Below, one piece after another: positions 10,045-20,488 of a stretch of 64,000 nt of DNA. Origin of the DNA: Candidatus Poribacteria bacterium (lineage in GTDB: Bacteria; Poribacteria; WGA-4E; PCPOR2b); contig OZ242351.1 in NCBI GenBank assembly GCA_965208675.1, positions 352,001-416,000 on the forward strand. The letters are read 5' to 3'. Position 1 is the first letter of the stretch; each line of letters begins with the position of its first letter. The notes under the pieces were generated by a model. The model ran no database searches. It worked only from the letters and a program-made list of their open reading frames with translations, and was not told the origin of the DNA. The translations under genes were made by a program, and so were the position numbers.

Positions 10045-10848
10045 TCACTCATCTTCTAGACTGAAAATTTTGTTTTTTTCGATTACAAGCTGGCGAAAAC
10101 AGTTAACAGCTTCTTGTAGTTGCGATTCAGCCTCCGCTGCATCAATACCTGTGGAAATGAGATCGACAGGCATGTACTCACTATCAGTACGCCGCAAGGC
10201 AATGTACGCCTTCAGATAAACGCCCGGATGCGTGTTCATCACAACTTGTAACAGTGGCGAAACTTCCGATTCGAACATATTCACATAAACGCGCAATGCC
10301 GCCACTCGCGCGCGATAGCGGTCAGCGATTAGAAGTGCAACGTGGCTGTCAAAGATTGCCTTCATCTCTTCCGGCGGCCCTGGCATCATGAGAATCGTGG
10401 ACTGATCTTTCGTGACGCTGGAGCAAGGTGCCCAACCGACAGGATTCTGAAAGATGTGAGCGGTTTCAGGGACAGTTGCCATTTTTATCATGGCAGGGCT
10501 AACATCGGCACGACTCATCAATTTACGTCTATCCATGAAGCCCGTTAAGGTCGCCTCGTCCACAATCGTCGGTTTTCCGATTATCTTTGCGACAGCCCCG
10601 ACAGTCATGTCATCGGGTGTTGGCCCGAGACCTCCGGTTGTCAAAATAAGGTCGGTTCCTCTGCAAACTGAACTCTCTATTGCATCTATCATCTCATCAA
10701 AATCATCACGAATCATCGTTACTCGGCGTAGTCTACCTCCCAACTCAAGCATTCGTTGTGCCATCCAAAATGCATTTGTATCCTGAATTTGGCCCAAAAT
10801 TAACTCGGTCCCAATCGAAAACAGCTCAATGACAGGTGCCTTTTCCAC
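10045..10848 (-). CDS. CinA-family molybdopterin-binding (MocF-like) protein lacking a PncC domain
   Basis: IGTELILGQIQDTNA, TTGGLGPTPDDMT, PGPPEEM. Confidence 0.8.
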   Translation of the reverse strand: MEKAPVIELFSIGTELILGQIQDTNAFWMAQRMLELGGRLRRVTMIRDDFDEMIDAIESSVCRGTDLILTTGGLGPTPDDMTVGAVAKIIGKPTIVDEATLTGFMDRRKLMSRADVSPAMIKMATVPETAHIFQNPVGWAPCSSVTKDQSTILMMPGPPEEMKAIFDSHVALLIADRYRARVAALRVYVNMFESEVSPLLQVVMNTHPGVYLKAYIALRRTDSEYMPVDLISTGIDAAEAESQLQEAVNCFRQLVIEKNKIFSLEDE

Positions 10849-10960
10849 TTAAACTTCCTCGCGGCCGTGGCCAAGCAACTCGGGTATCGCACTCCAATTG
10901 CAGCTATGCCATTTATACATGGATTCAACTCCCAATCGGTCTGCTTTTCCCAGCATGCCT

Positions 10961-12262
10961 TCATGAATTTAGCAAATTGAAAACTAAGCCGGTTGCCATC
11001 TTTGGGTAAAAATAGGTGGATTTCTGCGGCATCGTTTTGTTGGTTGTTGCGGCTTCATTGACTTGGGAGACTAACGTGGGATTCATCAGCAGCGCGACAC
11101 GTCCTTCGCCGTCCTCGACATAACGGATAGCTTCATGAGTATTCACTGTGTAGCTAACCTGTTTCTGATGGCTAGGGATTGTTGTATCTATTCCAAATCC
11201 TTTATTTATCAAGCGGTCGTGAAGCAGTGTAACATCGAGCAACTTTGAAACTGGTGGTTTTTTTTCTTCGTTGACTCGCGGCACAAGGAGGCGGTAATTT
11301 CCATCGCTAGTATACATGCCAAATGCAGCGCATGTACCGGCAAGCGCATAAAGATTTTCGAGAAGGGCACTCCGGTTTGTGTGCATGGTCACGTCGAACG
11401 ATTCCGGTAACTGCTTAATTGCTTGTGTAATCCGGTCAGCGCTCAATCCGTGGAGTAGCCGGTGGATGGCGAGGACTACCAACCCCGGTGATTCCATTCG
11501 AACCAGGTTCATCATCATATAATTATAACCCTCCTCACCAGTCCATTCTGAAGCTTGCGCGCGAAGTTCATCACGAAAGGCAAGGGCGGTCTCATAGCGA
11601 TGGTGTCCATCGGCAATGACCAACAATTTATCTTCAAACGCCGATTGAATTTCGCGAGTCAAAGCTGCATCATCTAACCGCCACAGTCGGTGGGTGCTTC
11701 CAAAAACCTCCTGTAAATCGATCAGAGGCCGAATTGATGAAGTAAATCGCACTATCGAATTCTCGATTTCTCCTGCTGGATCAGAATACAGGAGGAATAT
11801 TGGACTCAAATTGGCGTGGCACGCGCGCATTAGGTTTAGCCGGTCTGCCTTTGGTGCAGCAAGCGTCTTTTCGTGTGGAAAAACCACTCCCGCCCCAAAA
11901 GGTTGTAATTTTCCAACACCTACCAACGCCCGCCGCGTAAAAGCGTGTCCATCAGGTGTGGTGAACGATTGATCGTAGACGTAGTAGTTCGGCGACGCAT
12001 CTTGTATTAGAACGCGCTCCGAAACCCAATTTCTCAAAGTTGCCGCCGAACGGGTGTATTGATTGTCCGCGTCCGTATTTTTCTCATATGGCTGGCTCAA
12101 AATTAGTCGTACGACATTGTTCGCATGCTGATTTTCCAAAGTAACCCGCTGTTTATCTTTAATGACATCATAAGGCGGGGCAACCATTTGTCTGATACAG
12201 CTAATTTTTTGGGGGTTGTAACGCAACCCGCGAAAAGGTAAAATTTCCACGTTTAATCCCAC
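10961..12262 (-). CDS. DUF1015 family protein
   Basis: APPYDVI, PHEKT, IADGHHRYETAL, MPQKSTYFYPK. Confidence 0.9.
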   Translation of the reverse strand: MGLNVEILPFRGLRYNPQKISCIRQMVAPPYDVIKDKQRVTLENQHANNVVRLILSQPYEKNTDADNQYTRSAATLRNWVSERVLIQDASPNYYVYDQSFTTPDGHAFTRRALVGVGKLQPFGAGVVFPHEKTLAAPKADRLNLMRACHANLSPIFLLYSDPAGEIENSIVRFTSSIRPLIDLQEVFGSTHRLWRLDDAALTREIQSAFEDKLLVIADGHHRYETALAFRDELRAQASEWTGEEGYNYMMMNLVRMESPGLVVLAIHRLLHGLSADRITQAIKQLPESFDVTMHTNRSALLENLYALAGTCAAFGMYTSDGNYRLLVPRVNEEKKPPVSKLLDVTLLHDRLINKGFGIDTTIPSHQKQVSYTVNTHEAIRYVEDGEGRVALLMNPTLVSQVNEAATTNKTMPQKSTYFYPKMATGLVFNLLNS

Positions 12263-13182
12263 AACCTCGTGCTGAAATACCGTTCTCCGAGATCGTTGAA
12301 AATGGTGACAATTGTGCCGTTTCGAATCTGTTTAGCGACTTCGTAAGCGCCCTGCAGATATCCTCCCGAAGATTGCCCGACGAACCAGCCGCGTTTGGCG
12401 AGCCGGCTGCACATTTCATACGCTTGATCGATTGTGACAGGTATCCTGCAATCGATAATGTCTTCATCAAGAATCTCTGGTACAATGTTGCCAGGCTTTC
12501 CCAGCGGTTTTAGGCCTTCGATTCCAGGAAACTCGTCGGGCGCGATGCAACAAATTTGGATTTCTGGGTCGTATTGCTTAAATCGCCTTCCAATGCCCGT
12601 TATAGTCCCACCTGTACCCACTCCGGCAACAAAATGAGTCACTTTTCCGCCGGTCTGCTCCCAAATTTCAATCGCTGTTGTGTCATAATGCCCACGCCAG
12701 TTGTTTTCGTTGCCGTACTGATCCGCCATATAATATTTCTCAGGATTCGCCTCATGGCGGCGAATCGCTTCGTGCAACGCTTCGTCATATCCGTGAATTG
12801 CATCGGTGTAAATGATTTTCGCTCCATGCGCTTGAATTCGCTTTTTCCGCTCCTCACTGGCATTGCTGGGCATTACAAGTTCAACCCGATAACCTAATAT
12901 GCCGCCAATCATGGCATAGGCGATCCCTGCGTTTCCCGATGTGGAATCTAGGATAGTTTTTCCCGGTGTTAATTTTCCCGCTATAACTGCTTCAGTCAAC
13001 ATTCTGAGTACGGGGCGATCCTTAATTGAGCAACCTGGATTATACATCTCGGCTTTCGCATAAATATTGACGCCAGGAAACTCATCGGCAAAAAGATCGA
13101 TTTTTACAAGGGGGGTATTTCCAATTTGTTGGAGGAGTGGATAGCTCGAAAGATTAAAAGAACTAGCGGACCGTCTACTCAT
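12253..13182 (-). CDS. cysM: PLP-dependent cysteine synthase (CysM-like)
   Basis: NPGCSIKDR PLP lysine, TSGNAG, GTGGT, GERYFST. Confidence 0.8.
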   Translation of the reverse strand: MSRRSASSFNLSSYPLLQQIGNTPLVKIDLFADEFPGVNIYAKAEMYNPGCSIKDRPVLRMLTEAVIAGKLTPGKTILDSTSGNAGIAYAMIGGILGYRVELVMPSNASEERKKRIQAHGAKIIYTDAIHGYDEALHEAIRRHEANPEKYYMADQYGNENNWRGHYDTTAIEIWEQTGGKVTHFVAGVGTGGTITGIGRRFKQYDPEIQICCIAPDEFPGIEGLKPLGKPGNIVPEILDEDIIDCRIPVTIDQAYEMCSRLAKRGWFVGQSSGGYLQGAYEVAKQIRNGTIVTIFNDLGERYFSTRLWD

Positions 13183-13337
13183 TTAAAATTATGCATTCCT
13201 TCTTTAGCTGCTCTCCCGGCTGTTTATCGTTAAGGCGAACAGATCAAAAAAATCGGTCAGGCGTCTCAAACAGTAATCAATGAAGTCGCGGAAAGTAAGC
13301 ATCGGCAGGAAATAAATCTGAACTCTCCGTGGAATCA

Positions 13338-14120
13338 TCACTCAAGAGGATTATCAAGCGTTCCTATCAAACTTGCTAGGTAATCGCGATCTCTTTGCAA
13401 GGCTTCTAACTTATCATCCCCATGAACAAACTCAACTTCGAGATAGCCATCATATTCGTGAGAGTTTAAGATTTCAATAACTCTAGCGTAATCCACAACG
13501 CCCTCTGCGATCGGACAACCGTTTCCACTTGCATCAGCGTTTTGGGCATGCACATTGACTATATGAGGCGCGAGTTTTTCCGCGGCGTCGTACGGGTTAT
13601 CTTCATCTGATCCGAAGAAGGGCTGGTAGTAGGTTTTTAGGGCGGGCAATTCTACATTTTCAACAAGTTCAAGGGTGGTAGCGATACTGTCCGTTAAATT
13701 GTTGTTATGCATTTCCAGACCTAGTGTGAGTTGGCGAAATTGCGCCCACTGGGTGAGACTCGTCAATCGGAAATTAATCATGCGTTTGTCTTCAGGGTTG
13801 ATGGTTTTGGAAGGGCCGCCTCCCGACCAAATTCGTACAAGATTGGTGCGCAGCCCCTGCGCGATTTTAAAGGCTTCTTCCAAATGCTGCTGATACCAAG
13901 GCATGAGCGGGTTTACGTAAGAGCCAAGAGCTGAGACTGCTAATCCTTTTCCCAATACCATCTCTCTTACCTTTTGCACGTGTTCCGCATCGTAAGTTGG
14001 CGGCATGTGCGGCTCTTTTCCCCAAATTTCGATGCCATCAAAACCGTAATCCGCCGCAATATTTACAACCTCCTCAAGAGGTTTCTCACGAAAAGCAATT
14101 GTGCACAGACCTAACTTCAT
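13338..14120 (-). CDS. sugar phosphate isomerase/epimerase (xylose isomerase-like TIM barrel)
   Basis: GFDGIEIWG, LEMH, NVH, YDGYLEVEF. Confidence 0.8.
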   Translation of the reverse strand: MKLGLCTIAFREKPLEEVVNIAADYGFDGIEIWGKEPHMPPTYDAEHVQKVREMVLGKGLAVSALGSYVNPLMPWYQQHLEEAFKIAQGLRTNLVRIWSGGGPSKTINPEDKRMINFRLTSLTQWAQFRQLTLGLEMHNNNLTDSIATTLELVENVELPALKTYYQPFFGSDEDNPYDAAEKLAPHIVNVHAQNADASGNGCPIAEGVVDYARVIEILNSHEYDGYLEVEFVHGDDKLEALQRDRDYLASLIGTLDNPLE

Positions 14121-14332
14121 CTCAAACTCGCCTTCCCTATGTTGGTTGTATGTTGGCGCATATCAGTATCCAAAAGCATACCACAAACAGAATTATCTTT
14201 CAACCGAATCTTAGCAAAATTAGCTTCACGGTTTTTCAGATTCCAATAAGTAAACTCGGCATTATTTGAATTTTAAGCAATTTTCAACGTCTCGGCAATT
14301 TTTCTAGTACGGAGTAAGGTTTGTACGGATTT

Positions 14333-15463
14333 TCAAACGCCCGCAGGATAGAAAGTCGCCGTTTGTGTGTTTACAAACTTGGAAGCATTACGTAAAGTAA
14401 TCCCTTGATTCCCGTAGACTGTCCTAAGTTGACCGCAAGCAGCAGTGATATCTTTGCCTTTGCTGAAACGAATTGGCGCGATGTAGCACTTTTTCGAAAC
14501 AATACGGCGAAACTGTTCAATCCGATTAGCCTCTGGGCGGCGAAACTCGGAATCTTCGATTTCGTTGAAGGGGATTATATTCAGCTTACACGGTAAGCGG
14601 CTCATAAGTTTACAGATGCGATGGGCGTCCTCAACCCCATCATTCACGTCTCGAATAAGGACATATTCCAACGTGACGGGGTTTCCAGAAGCCAATGTCC
14701 ACTCCCGCGCGGCGTCGAGCACATCTGCGATTGGGTATCGCGTATTGATCGGCATGAGTCGCATGCGGACTTTATCCGTTGTTGCGTTCAGTGAGAGTGC
14801 TAACTGGCATTTCAACCCTTCTCTGGCAAATTGTCGCATGCGAGGGGCTAGCCCGACGGTTGATACCGTGATTCTCCTCTCCGGTAAACCCAAGCCTTCG
14901 ACACAAGTCATCAGGCGCACTGCATTCACGGTTTGATCGTAGTTTGCAAGCGGTTCTCCCATACCCATGAACACAACATGGGTTACGTCTTTGTCGCCAT
15001 CCAACTCGCGCTGAATGGCGATCACTTGATCCACGATTTCAGCGGATGATAGATTGCGAAAAAAACCCATTTTCCCCGTTGCACAAAAGTCACATGCCAT
15101 TGCACAACCTACCTGCGATGAAACGCAGACAGTCATGCGATTTCCATCAGGCATCAGCACACTTTCGATACGGCTCCCATCTGCAAGTTCAAACAAATAT
15201 TTGACAGCCGAATCCAAATCGGACTCGGCGCGAGCACAAACCCTGATATCGCTGACGCAAGCCGCATCAGACAATTTCCGTCTAAATGATTTGGGCAGAT
15301 TTGTCATCATTTGGAAATTTGTTTCGCGTTGATGGTACAGCCATGACATCAGTTGTTTTGCGCGAAATTTTGGCTCTCCCCACCCTTCAACCAATTCCTC
15401 CAACTCTAAAAGTGACAAACCCTTCAAGTTAACCTTGTCCATGTGTAATTCTGTATGTGTCAT
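14333..15463 (-). CDS. rlmN: dual-specificity 23S rRNA/tRNA methyltransferase RlmN
   Basis: CVSSQVGCAMACDFC radical SAM motif, MGMGEP, AACGQL. Confidence 0.95.
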   Translation of the reverse strand: MTHTELHMDKVNLKGLSLLELEELVEGWGEPKFRAKQLMSWLYHQRETNFQMMTNLPKSFRRKLSDAACVSDIRVCARAESDLDSAVKYLFELADGSRIESVLMPDGNRMTVCVSSQVGCAMACDFCATGKMGFFRNLSSAEIVDQVIAIQRELDGDKDVTHVVFMGMGEPLANYDQTVNAVRLMTCVEGLGLPERRITVSTVGLAPRMRQFAREGLKCQLALSLNATTDKVRMRLMPINTRYPIADVLDAAREWTLASGNPVTLEYVLIRDVNDGVEDAHRICKLMSRLPCKLNIIPFNEIEDSEFRRPEANRIEQFRRIVSKKCYIAPIRFSKGKDITAACGQLRTVYGNQGITLRNASKFVNTQTATFYPAGV

Positions 15464-15470
15464 GCGGTCC

Positions 15471-16916
15471 TCAGCCATCAAGTTTACGCGTCAAAAGTTG
15501 ATTTACCAGTTGCGGATTTGCCTTGCCTTTGGTCGCTTTCATTACTTGACCGACGAGGAAGCCAAGCGCTTTCTTTGTACCGTTTCGGTAATCTTGGACG
15601 GGCCCCGAATGCGCCTCAACTACTTGATTGACAATCGCGTCAATCTCGGATTCGTCAGTAATTTGCGAAAGCCCTTGTTGCTTGACGATTTCTTCTGGTG
15701 ATTTGCCGGTTTTAAAGACATCGATAATCACCTGCTTGGCAATTTTTCCGCTGATAGTTTTATCATTTATCAGCATTATTAATTTACTAAGCTGGACAGG
15801 CGTAATGCTGGAATCCTGTATCTCAATTCTTTCACTGTTTAGCAACCCCGATAGATCGCCGATAATCCAGTTGCTGCTCGCTTTCGGATCGCCGCATAGG
15901 CGCGCAGTCTCATCAAAAAAGTCCGCCATGTGCCGAGTTTCGGTGAGAATGATAGCGTCGGAAGCGGAAATGCCGTATTCTTCCACAAAGCGTTTGCGTC
16001 GATCGAATGGCGACTCCGGTAACAATGATTTGATTTGTTCAATCTCTTCAACGTTTGCCTCAAACGGAACAAGATCTGGCTCGGGGAAATAGCGGTAATC
16101 GTGAGCTTCCTCCTTGCTCCGCATAGGTGACGTCTTGCCAGTATTCAAATCAAACAATAGTGTGTTTTGCTCGACCTGTCCCCCTTCATCAAGGATCGTG
16201 GCTTGCCGTTTTTGTTCGAATTTTAATGCGGTCGTTACATGCTGGAATGAATTCTTATTTTTCAATTCTGTCCGAGTTCCCAATTCTTCGCTGTCAACTA
16301 AACGCAATGAAAGGTTCGCATCGCAGCGGAAGTGTCCTTCTTCCATATTGCAATCGCTAACATCAATGTATTCTAGGATTTCCTTCACGCTGCGCCAATA
16401 GGCGACTGCCTCCTCCGGTGAATTCATATCCGGTTCACTCACAATTTCCAACAACGGAACGCCCGCACGATTAAAATCGACATAGCTTTGGCTGTGAGTC
16501 CCCGTCACGTCCGCGTGAACGAGTTTTGCAGCTTCTTCCTCTAAGTGTATTTGATGAATATGTACGCGATGAATTTTCCCCGAAAATTCAAAATCCACAT
16601 AGCCATTTTTAGCAAGCGGATAGTGCTTCTGTGAAATTTGGTATCCTTTTGGCAAATCCGGATAAAAATAGTTCTTGCGATCAAACTTACAAAAAGTTGC
16701 AATCTCGCAATTCATCGCTAACGCAGCGCGAATTGCAAATGAGATGGCCCTCTCATTTAATACCGGCAGTACCCCGGGCATACCTAAACAGATTGGGCAG
16801 GTTTGCGCGTTTGGGGCGGTTCCAAACATCACTTCACAGTTGCAGAACAGCTTGCTTTTTGTGGACAATTCGGCATGGATCTCCAGACCGATTACGGATT
16901 CATATCTGTTCCCCAT
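15471..16916 (-). CDS. gatB: Asp/Glu-tRNA amidotransferase subunit B
   Basis: IGLEIHAEL, RKNYFYPDLPKGYQISQ, DYRYFPEPDL. Confidence 0.97.
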   Translation of the reverse strand: MGNRYESVIGLEIHAELSTKSKLFCNCEVMFGTAPNAQTCPICLGMPGVLPVLNERAISFAIRAALAMNCEIATFCKFDRKNYFYPDLPKGYQISQKHYPLAKNGYVDFEFSGKIHRVHIHQIHLEEEAAKLVHADVTGTHSQSYVDFNRAGVPLLEIVSEPDMNSPEEAVAYWRSVKEILEYIDVSDCNMEEGHFRCDANLSLRLVDSEELGTRTELKNKNSFQHVTTALKFEQKRQATILDEGGQVEQNTLLFDLNTGKTSPMRSKEEAHDYRYFPEPDLVPFEANVEEIEQIKSLLPESPFDRRKRFVEEYGISASDAIILTETRHMADFFDETARLCGDPKASSNWIIGDLSGLLNSERIEIQDSSITPVQLSKLIMLINDKTISGKIAKQVIIDVFKTGKSPEEIVKQQGLSQITDESEIDAIVNQVVEAHSGPVQDYRNGTKKALGFLVGQVMKATKGKANPQLVNQLLTRKLDG

Positions 16917-17042
16917 GTTTTACTCCAAATCGTGCGAGATGTACCCGCCTAATATAGGTAACTTACTAACCCTTCCTAACTCGTCCTCGGTTTGGTAAAT
17001 AAAAGAATGTGGAAGGTCATAACCTGGTTTCAGGTTTTGAGT

Positions 17043-17483
17043 TCAAGTTGCGGTTTTCTGGTTGAAGTAGACTGGATCGGGTTTAACCCACGTTTCTCCG
17101 CCGTCTTCCCAAACCTCGCGTTTCCAAATGGGTACTATTTGTTTGAGGCGGTCCATCGCGTATTTGCACGCTTCAAATCCGTCTTTGCGGTGCGGTGCGG
17201 CAACGGCTACCGCAACGCTAATTTCACCAATTTTAAGGCGTCCGATACGGTGAATCATAGCCACTCGATCCAATCCCCATTTTTCGAAAATCTCACGAGC
17301 GATTTCAGCCATCTTCATTTCAGCCATTTTCGGATAGGCTTCGTATTCAAGGTAGGAGACTTTGCGTCCGCCAGTATTGTCGCGCACAAAACCCAAAAAT
17401 GGCACAATTGCGCCAGCATTTTCTGCTTTGACCGCATGGATTACGTCAACGGGAGCAATAGGCTGGTTGGTAATTTTAAACAT
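17043..17483 (-). CDS. moaE: molybdopterin synthase catalytic subunit
   Basis: LEYEAYPKMA, HRIGRL, APHR, VPIWKRE. Confidence 0.92.
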   Translation of the reverse strand: MFKITNQPIAPVDVIHAVKAENAGAIVPFLGFVRDNTGGRKVSYLEYEAYPKMAEMKMAEIAREIFEKWGLDRVAMIHRIGRLKIGEISVAVAVAAPHRKDGFEACKYAMDRLKQIVPIWKREVWEDGGETWVKPDPVYFNQKTAT

Positions 17484-17730
17484 GTATCCCTCCCGTAACA
17501 GGTGGAATCAAAGCAACTTCGTCACCGTCCGAAAGTTCGGTCTGTTCCGTAGCATACTCCCAATTTACAGACATCTGCATCACCTCATAATATTCTGGTA
17601 TTTCGGGCCACTCCGCTTCCAGCCGCTTTAGGACATCCATTAATACGGCTCCGTCTGGGAGTTCCATCTCCTCCTCGTCTCGATTGAACATTTCTCGGCA
17701 CACCGCAAAGTATTTGACTTTAACTTTCAT
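17476..17730 (-). CDS. moaD: molybdopterin synthase sulfur carrier (MoaD/ThiS) ending GG-IHV
   Basis: MKVKVKYFA...DGDEVALIPPVTGGIHV; overlaps the moaE start by 8 nt. Confidence 0.88.
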   Translation of the reverse strand: MKVKVKYFAVCREMFNRDEEEMELPDGAVLMDVLKRLEAEWPEIPEYYEVMQMSVNWEYATEQTELSDGDEVALIPPVTGGIHV

Positions 17731-17886
17731 TATTTTCCTCATCCATCGAGCGAATTGCAATCAATATCCGAAATTCAACTCACGCATTCAGCATTTCTTT
17801 CGGTAGATTCGCCAAATGACCAAAACATTATACCTCAAGCCGCATTCTGAATACAAAGCAAAAACCGACCTTAACTCAAATTGCCG

Positions 17887-17915
17887 TTGACATGGATTGA
17901 ACGCTTTGATAGAAT
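17887..17915 (+). promoter_or_regulatory. sigma70-type promoter for pncB
   Basis: TTGACA-17 nt-TAGAAT. Confidence 0.7.
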
Positions 17916-18019
17916 TTATTTCACATCTGTTTCATTTCGTATTACCATGACCGACCAATGAAAGAAACCATTGTACCTGTTCCTGCAATGGGACAGTCCC
18001 ACGATAAATTAGAGATGTT

Positions 18020-19525
18020 TTGAGAGATGCCCCCAATAATCCTTTCATGTCAGAGCAAACGTCTGGAATCCGCTCAATTATGAGAGAACCTCGGTCCGCC
18101 CTCCTCACTGAATCAAATATGGCGTTGTTCCTAGACTACTACGAACTCACTATGGGCAAAGCCAATTTTGAAAGCGAGAACAATTCAATTTGCAGCGAAA
18201 ACTACTTCGTTCGTGCTATCCCGCAGGGTGAGTACCTGATTGCATCAGGCCTGGAACAGGTTATCCACTACATTCTCAATCTCCGGTTTACCGATTCCGA
18301 TTTAAAGTGGTTAAAGGCAAGTAAAGACACGACGGAGATGAGCGGCGAATTTCTCGATTATCTCCGTCACTTCAAATTCGATGGTGATGTCTACGCAGTG
18401 CGTGAAGGAACACCAGTCTTTGCAAACCAGCCGCTAATCAATATTACCGGAAAATCCATTGACGTGCAAATCTTCGAAACTTACCTCCTCAATGTAATGA
18501 ACTTCCAGACGCTGATTGCAACCAAAACAGCGCGAATTGTTCATGCCGCACGCGGTCGAATTTGCTTCGATTTTGGCGCGCGCCGGGCGCACGGGAGAGA
18601 CGCTGGCATTCTGGCGGCTCGATCGGCATTTATCGGCGGGGCATCTGCAACCTCCCTCGTGCTCGCAGGACAGAAATTTAACATCCCTTTCGTTGGAACA
18701 ATGGCACATAAATTCATTCAGGATTTTCCTTCGGAGCTAGAAGCCTTTCGCACCTACGCCCAATCGTTCCCATATAACACCACACTGCTAATCGATACCT
18801 ATGACACTGTTCAGGGGGCAAGGCATGCTTGTATCGTTGGGGCAGAAATGAAGGCGAAAGGACAAAAATTGATGGCGGTTCGGCTAGACAGCGGTGATAC
18901 ACTGAAACTCAGCAAGTCGGTGAGAAAGATTTTCGATGACGCCGGACTAAAAGATGTGCGAATTTTTGCAAGCAATGACCTTGATGAATTTCAGATTGAC
19001 AATCTAGTCCGTAATGACGCGCCAATTGATGGATTTGGCGTCGGTACGCGGCTGGCTACTGGTGCAAATTTTAATCCGCTGACAAATGAAGGCGGTCCGT
19101 CAGCATTGCCTGGTGTTTACAAGCACGTTGAACGAATGGTGGATAATAAGGTCATTCCAACCATGAAATTCAGTGATGATTCGGGTAAATCCACACTTCC
19201 CGGTAGAAAACAGATTCACCGGATTTGCGATTCCCGCGGAAATTATGTGAAGGATGTGGTTAGTCTCTGGGATGAAAACATACAAAAGGTCAAATCTCAA
19301 TCCGAACAATACACGATGCAGCCGTTACTAACGCCAATTGTGCGCGGGGGCGAACTGGTTTACTCATTTCCGGATTTGATAGAGGTGCAAAATCGCGCAA
19401 AGGCCGAACTATTGAAACTACCGGAACCTTACAGAAGGTTGACTGGAGCCGAGAAGTATCCTGTGGTTTTGAGTGCGGGATTGAAAAACTTACACAAGGA
19501 TTTATCCGAATCCAAAATCCGATGA
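18020..19525 (+). CDS. pncB: nicotinate phosphoribosyltransferase
   Basis: DYYELTM, DFGARR, GTMAH, LIDTYD, RLDSGD, ASNDLDE; true start may be ATG 18047 or 18080. Confidence 0.9.
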   Translation: MRDAPNNPFMSEQTSGIRSIMREPRSALLTESNMALFLDYYELTMGKANFESENNSICSENYFVRAIPQGEYLIASGLEQVIHYILNLRFTDSDLKWLKASKDTTEMSGEFLDYLRHFKFDGDVYAVREGTPVFANQPLINITGKSIDVQIFETYLLNVMNFQTLIATKTARIVHAARGRICFDFGARRAHGRDAGILAARSAFIGGASATSLVLAGQKFNIPFVGTMAHKFIQDFPSELEAFRTYAQSFPYNTTLLIDTYDTVQGARHACIVGAEMKAKGQKLMAVRLDSGDTLKLSKSVRKIFDDAGLKDVRIFASNDLDEFQIDNLVRNDAPIDGFGVGTRLATGANFNPLTNEGGPSALPGVYKHVERMVDNKVIPTMKFSDDSGKSTLPGRKQIHRICDSRGNYVKDVVSLWDENIQKVKSQSEQYTMQPLLTPIVRGGELVYSFPDLIEVQNRAKAELLKLPEPYRRLTGAEKYPVVLSAGLKNLHKDLSESKIR

Positions 19526-19616
19526 ATGGCAACAGAAAGAATCATTAAGGTTTCGGATTGAAACAGTGCTATCGTTATAAAATTTTGTTTTGTTGACACG
19601 AAACACGGAGGCTAAC

Positions 19617-20486
19617 ATGAAACTCGGGGTTGTCGGCATGGTGTCCGGAGATTTCAGGGCATTTACATCGGAACAGATGGCGTCAGTAAGGGCGTTGCAA
19701 TTCACGGGGATTGGATTTCATGTTGAGATAGATGGGTTCTTGGACATTACAGACGAAGTGTGCACACAGTTCAACCGGTTTATGGCAGCGGAAAATCTGG
19801 ATTTGGTTCAATTCGGCATTTTATACGAAGAATGCCTTTTTGACCCGGAAGATGGGGTTACGGAGAGGGTCGCGGCGAAGATTAATCGTGGATTGGAGAT
19901 TGGGCGCCAGATTGATGCGCATGTCTGTCTCATCCGCGCCGGTAGTCTTAACCCTGAGGGTCCGTGGACGCCGCATCGGGACAATTACTTGCCAGGAAAC
20001 ATTGAACGCCTGATTGGGACGTTGAAACCGATTGCTCGAAAGGCCGAATTAGAAGGTGTGACCGTCGTGATGGAGACACACACAATCTCGATACTAGATA
20101 CGCCGGAGACATGCAGGAAAGTCGTCGATGCGGTGGGAAGTAAGAATTTGGGGCTTGTTATGGACGCTGTCAACCAATTCCAAACGCATCGACAGGTCTA
20201 CAATAGTGCGGATCGGTTAAACCATATCTTCGATGTGATGGGTAGAGTTGCACCTGTGGCGCACATCAAGGATATCAAAGTAGACCAAGAATTGGTTGTC
20301 CATTTTGATGAAACAGTTCCTGGAGAGGGCGAGTTGGATATTGGATTGATGCTTAGAAGATTTGATGCTTTTTACCCCGAGGGGTATGGACTGATCGAAC
20401 ACTTACCGATGTCGGAAATTCCGCTTGCAGCGCAAAATGTCCGCCGAATCGCTGCTGAGAACGGAGTCAGCATTCACGGGAGGTAA
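19617..20486 (+). CDS. sugar phosphate isomerase/epimerase family protein
   Basis: GGAGG before ATG 19617; ETH, DAVN, HIKD, IEH metal ligands. Confidence 0.8.
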   Translation: MKLGVVGMVSGDFRAFTSEQMASVRALQFTGIGFHVEIDGFLDITDEVCTQFNRFMAAENLDLVQFGILYEECLFDPEDGVTERVAAKINRGLEIGRQIDAHVCLIRAGSLNPEGPWTPHRDNYLPGNIERLIGTLKPIARKAELEGVTVVMETHTISILDTPETCRKVVDAVGSKNLGLVMDAVNQFQTHRQVYNSADRLNHIFDVMGRVAPVAHIKDIKVDQELVVHFDETVPGEGELDIGLMLRRFDAFYPEGYGLIEHLPMSEIPLAAQNVRRIAAENGVSIHGR

Positions 20487-20488
20487 TC

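Noticed and set aside
17731-17880. Moco riboswitch upstream of moaD
   Set aside because: No recognisable conserved motif in this short divergent intergenic region.
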